DNA from: Azolla caroliniana
Lineage: Eukaryota > Plantae > Polypodiophyta
Length of the DNA stretch: 64,000 bases
Assembly: GCA_043228905.1 (NCBI GenBank)
Contig: JBHGNT010000003.1
Location: 20,522,001 to 20,586,000, forward strand
Direction: 5' to 3'
Positions 61,070 through 64,000 of this stretch are shown one piece after another. The position numbers and the translations under genes are program-made. Position 1 is the first letter of the stretch. Every line of letters starts with the position of its first letter. The notes beneath the pieces are model-generated. The model was not told the DNA's origin. It searched no databases and was given only the letters and a program-made list of their open reading frames with translations.

Positions 61070-63493
61070 TGCAGAAAGTAGCGTGCGGAAGTAGGTATGA
61101 AGACGGAACAGAAGGAAGAAAACTCAGGTTTAATGGAGAGCTTGAGCTTACGCAGTATATGCGGGAGAGACAGAGAGAGTGAGAGAGAACACAAGAACTA
61201 TATTCAACAACAAACAAAATCTCGATTCACTACTCTATACATACGTGTGTTCCATGAACACTTTTATACAAGTCCTCGAAGGACTGACTGAAGTACTGAC
61301 CGTACTTCAATGCTCTTTAAGAGCTCCTACACTAACTCCCAAATATATTCCTCACGGAATATCTTTCCTAACGGCCTCCCGGTTTACGCACTCGGCCTAA
61401 CCGATCGGTCCCAACCGATCCGGTCCTCGGCTTCTTCAGCTGATCCGGCTGATGTTGAGCTTGTCTCTCAACACTCCCCCTCAAGCTCAACTCGAGGCTC
61501 TTTGGGATCCTAGGGCTCACAGCTCCGGTTCCTCCTGGCTTCACGCCTCGCTCGCGCTCCTCGACTTGTTCGACTCCGCGCGCTTCGACCCTTCGGTCGG
61601 CTTGTCTGCTCATGCGGCCCTTATCAGCTCTTCTGCTGTTGCGGTGTTGACGCTTCTTCTACTGCCTTTTCTTCCGCTTGGGCCTCGGTTGATTCAGCGT
61701 ATCTGAATCAAACATCCGAACCGACTCGGCTACCTCCGATCGGTTTTCGCTCTCGTCCGAGTTGGCTGTCTCCAACTCGTCTTCGGTCTTCTCGCCCTTT
61801 ATGGCGTCATCTCCCCCATGCGTGGTTGGCTTCGGCTCTCTCCTTCGGCTGCTCCCCTTCTGTCCACTTCCGAACTTTTCCGCGGGTCCGCCCTCGGCTT
61901 CTTCAGCCGATCCGAAGTCGAACTTGACAACCGAGTCAACACCCGAGTCAACCGACTCGGTGTCACGGTCTCCGCTCCTTTCCTGCTGCTTTGCTTGGTC
62001 GTTCGGGACTGTTCTCCCCCTCAAGTTCGGCACGTCAAGGTGACGCAATCCGAGCGCACCTGAGAATTGCCGCAACTTGTCCAGACCAAGAGGCTTAGTG
62101 AAGATGTCGGCAGTCTGCCGATCCGTCGGCACGTACTGAAGTTTGACTTCACCGGAAAGGACACGCTCACGGACGAAATGGTAATGCACCTCAATGTGCT
62201 TGGTCCGTGCGTGGAAAACGGGGTTTTTCGTGAGCTGGATGCTGCTGAGGTTGTCGCAGTGGATCGTCGTCGGATCTGAGACCTCCTCTTGCAGGTCCGT
62301 AAGTAGCCGCTTCAACCATATGGCTTCGCATGTCGCGACAGCCGCTCCTCGGTACTCAGCTTCGGTGCTCGACAGTGCAACTGTCGGCTGCTTCTTACTG
62401 CTCCACGCGATCGCGGCACTCCCGAGGGAGAATGCGTATCCGGACGTGGATCGGCGGCGTTGCCAGCCCAATTAGCATCGGTGTAGCCGACTAACTGCGC
62501 GGCTGCACCGGTCCAATATAGCAGTCCTCGGTCCTTAGTGCCACTTACGTATCGCAGTACACGTTGCGCACACTGAAGGTGCTCCTCGGTAGGTCTCGCC
62601 ATGAACTGACTGATCACCCCGACTGGATAATTGAGGTTGGGTCGAGTGATGGTCAAGTATATGAGGCTTCCGACAATTTGTCGGAACCTCGTTTGGTCGC
62701 ATACCTTTCCCGTATCAGGACGAAGCTTGACGGTTCTGTCCAGAGGAGTTGAGACGGACTTACAGTCGGCCATCCCGAGTTTGAAGAGCATACCCAGCAC
62801 GTAATGACGTTGGCTGATCAATATGCCTTCGGGGGTACGGATCACTTCGATCCCGAGGAAGTAATGAAGGTCCCCCAGATCCTTCATGTCGAACGATGCC
62901 GCAAGCTGGAGCTTCACGCGGTCGATTTCACCTAGGTCGACGCCGGTGATGACCAAGTCATCAACATATAATAAAATACTAACCGGTCCGAGTCGACCTT
63001 TCCGGATGAACAGGGAAGAGTCCGATTTTGTTGTGATGAAGCCCATCCGACGCAGTTGTTGCGTGATCTTCGCGTTCCAGGCACGCGGGGCTTGCTTCAG
63101 TCCATAAAGGGACTTCTTCAGTCGGCATACTGCCGAGGAGTTCGTTCCGGAGTGAAATCCGGGGGGCTGTACCATGTACACCTGTTCCTCAAGGTCACCT
63201 TGCAGGAACGCATTCTTTACATCCATCTGATGTAAGTGCCACCCCTTCGCCACAGCTACTGCGAGCAAAACACGGACGATCGTCATTTTCGCGACCGGCG
63301 CAAACGTCTCATCGTAGTCGATGCTGTGTTTCTGTGCGTAGCCCTTTGCCACTAGTCAAGCCTTGTACTGGTTGACCGAGCCATCGGTGTTGTACTTGAC
63401 CTTGTACACCCACCTACACCCAATCGGTTTTACCCCCTTCGGTGCGTCAACCAGGTCCCAGGTCTCGTTCTCCGCCAATGCGTGCATCTCTTC
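61070..63493 (-). mobile_element. Second Ty1/Copia element: RT, RNaseH, extension and 404-bp 3' LTR; 5' part lies beyond the nested LTR and window edge
   Basis: 3' LTR 61070-61473 (minus strand TGTTGAGAG...CTGCA); PPT TTGAGGGGGAG 61474-61484; RT QMDVKNAFL and LYVDDLV; RNase[10 protein letters not shown] and ADIFTKPL. Stop near 63355, frameshift near 62460. Confidence 0.93.
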
Positions 63494-64000
63494 TGTTGGG
63501 AGACAGGTCCCTCCGGATGGGAAGGGAGAAGAACAGTGTCGATGAACAAACTCGGCCGAGGCCGAAACCGTATGAGGTGTACCCGGCTACGGAGAGTCGG
63601 ATGATACAGACCCGGTGAAGACCGGATGAGGAGTACCCGGCTACAGAGAGCCGGATGATATAGACCTGGTGAAGACCGGATGAGGAGTACCCGGCTACGG
63701 AGAGCCGGATGATATAGACCCGGTGAAGACCGGATGAGGAGTACCCGGCTACGGAGAGCCGGATGATACAGACCCGGTGAAGACCGGATGAGGAGTACCC
63801 GGTTACGGAGAACCGGATGGTACAGACCCGGTGAGAACCGGATGAAGAGACATATTCGTAAATATGTTTTTGAGAGTCCATCGAGGCTATATTTGTAAAT
63901 AGACGAAAAGTCATATTAGTATAAATATGACTTAGGGCAAACTTTTATATAGTTGTAGTTGTCATTCTTGTTGGAATAGATAGAGAGAGCGCGTAACTGT
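63494..64000. mobile_element. LTR nested in the Copia RT, running off the window
   Basis: RT coding breaks exactly at TGTTGGGAGACAGGTCCCTCCGGA, a start resembling that of the solo LTR at 60509. Confidence 0.75.
63574..63843. repeat. 54-bp tandem repeat x5 inside the nested LTR
   Basis: gaggagtacccggctacggagagccggatgatacagacccggtgaagaccggat at 63574, 63628, 63682, 63736 and 63790. Confidence 0.95.

Noticed and set aside
63447-63914. 155-aa ORF with 18-aa repeats; CRISPR-like appearance
   Set aside because: It is the translation of a contiguous 54-bp tandem repeat in an LTR. There are no unique spacers and no cas genes.

Overview
AT-rich land-plant nuclear DNA. The Patellin, PPR, Copia and hAT content and GT-AG introns indicate a land plant; RTE-X-like LINEs and GA microsatellites hint at a fern or other seed-free plant, which is only a weak inference. 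Four intact protein-coding genes can be reconstructed by hand: a 4-exon patellin (Sec14/CRAL-TRIO + GOLD, minus, 1991-5086), an intronless P-class PPR gene (minus, 24339-26459), a 9-exon PTC7/clade-K PP2C with a plastid-like transit peptide (plus, 31314-38965), and a convergent clade-F PP2C with 8 coding exons (minus, 40451-52864) whose 10-kb first coding intron holds a full-length but disabled Ty1/Copia element in antisense. The rest is largely transposon-derived. It includes a family of hAT MITEs with 8-bp TSDs (one nested inside another), several RTE-X-like LINE copies, L1 relics, a solo LTR, and a multi-element nest at the right end (LINE <- solo LTR; LINE <- Copia <- repeat-rich LTR). I found no convincing wholly new biological system. 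The most unusual observations are a Copia with a duplicated polypurine tract and a read-through C-terminal extension, the RTE-X-like LINE lineage, and TE-derived sequence forming the upstream regions of two genes.
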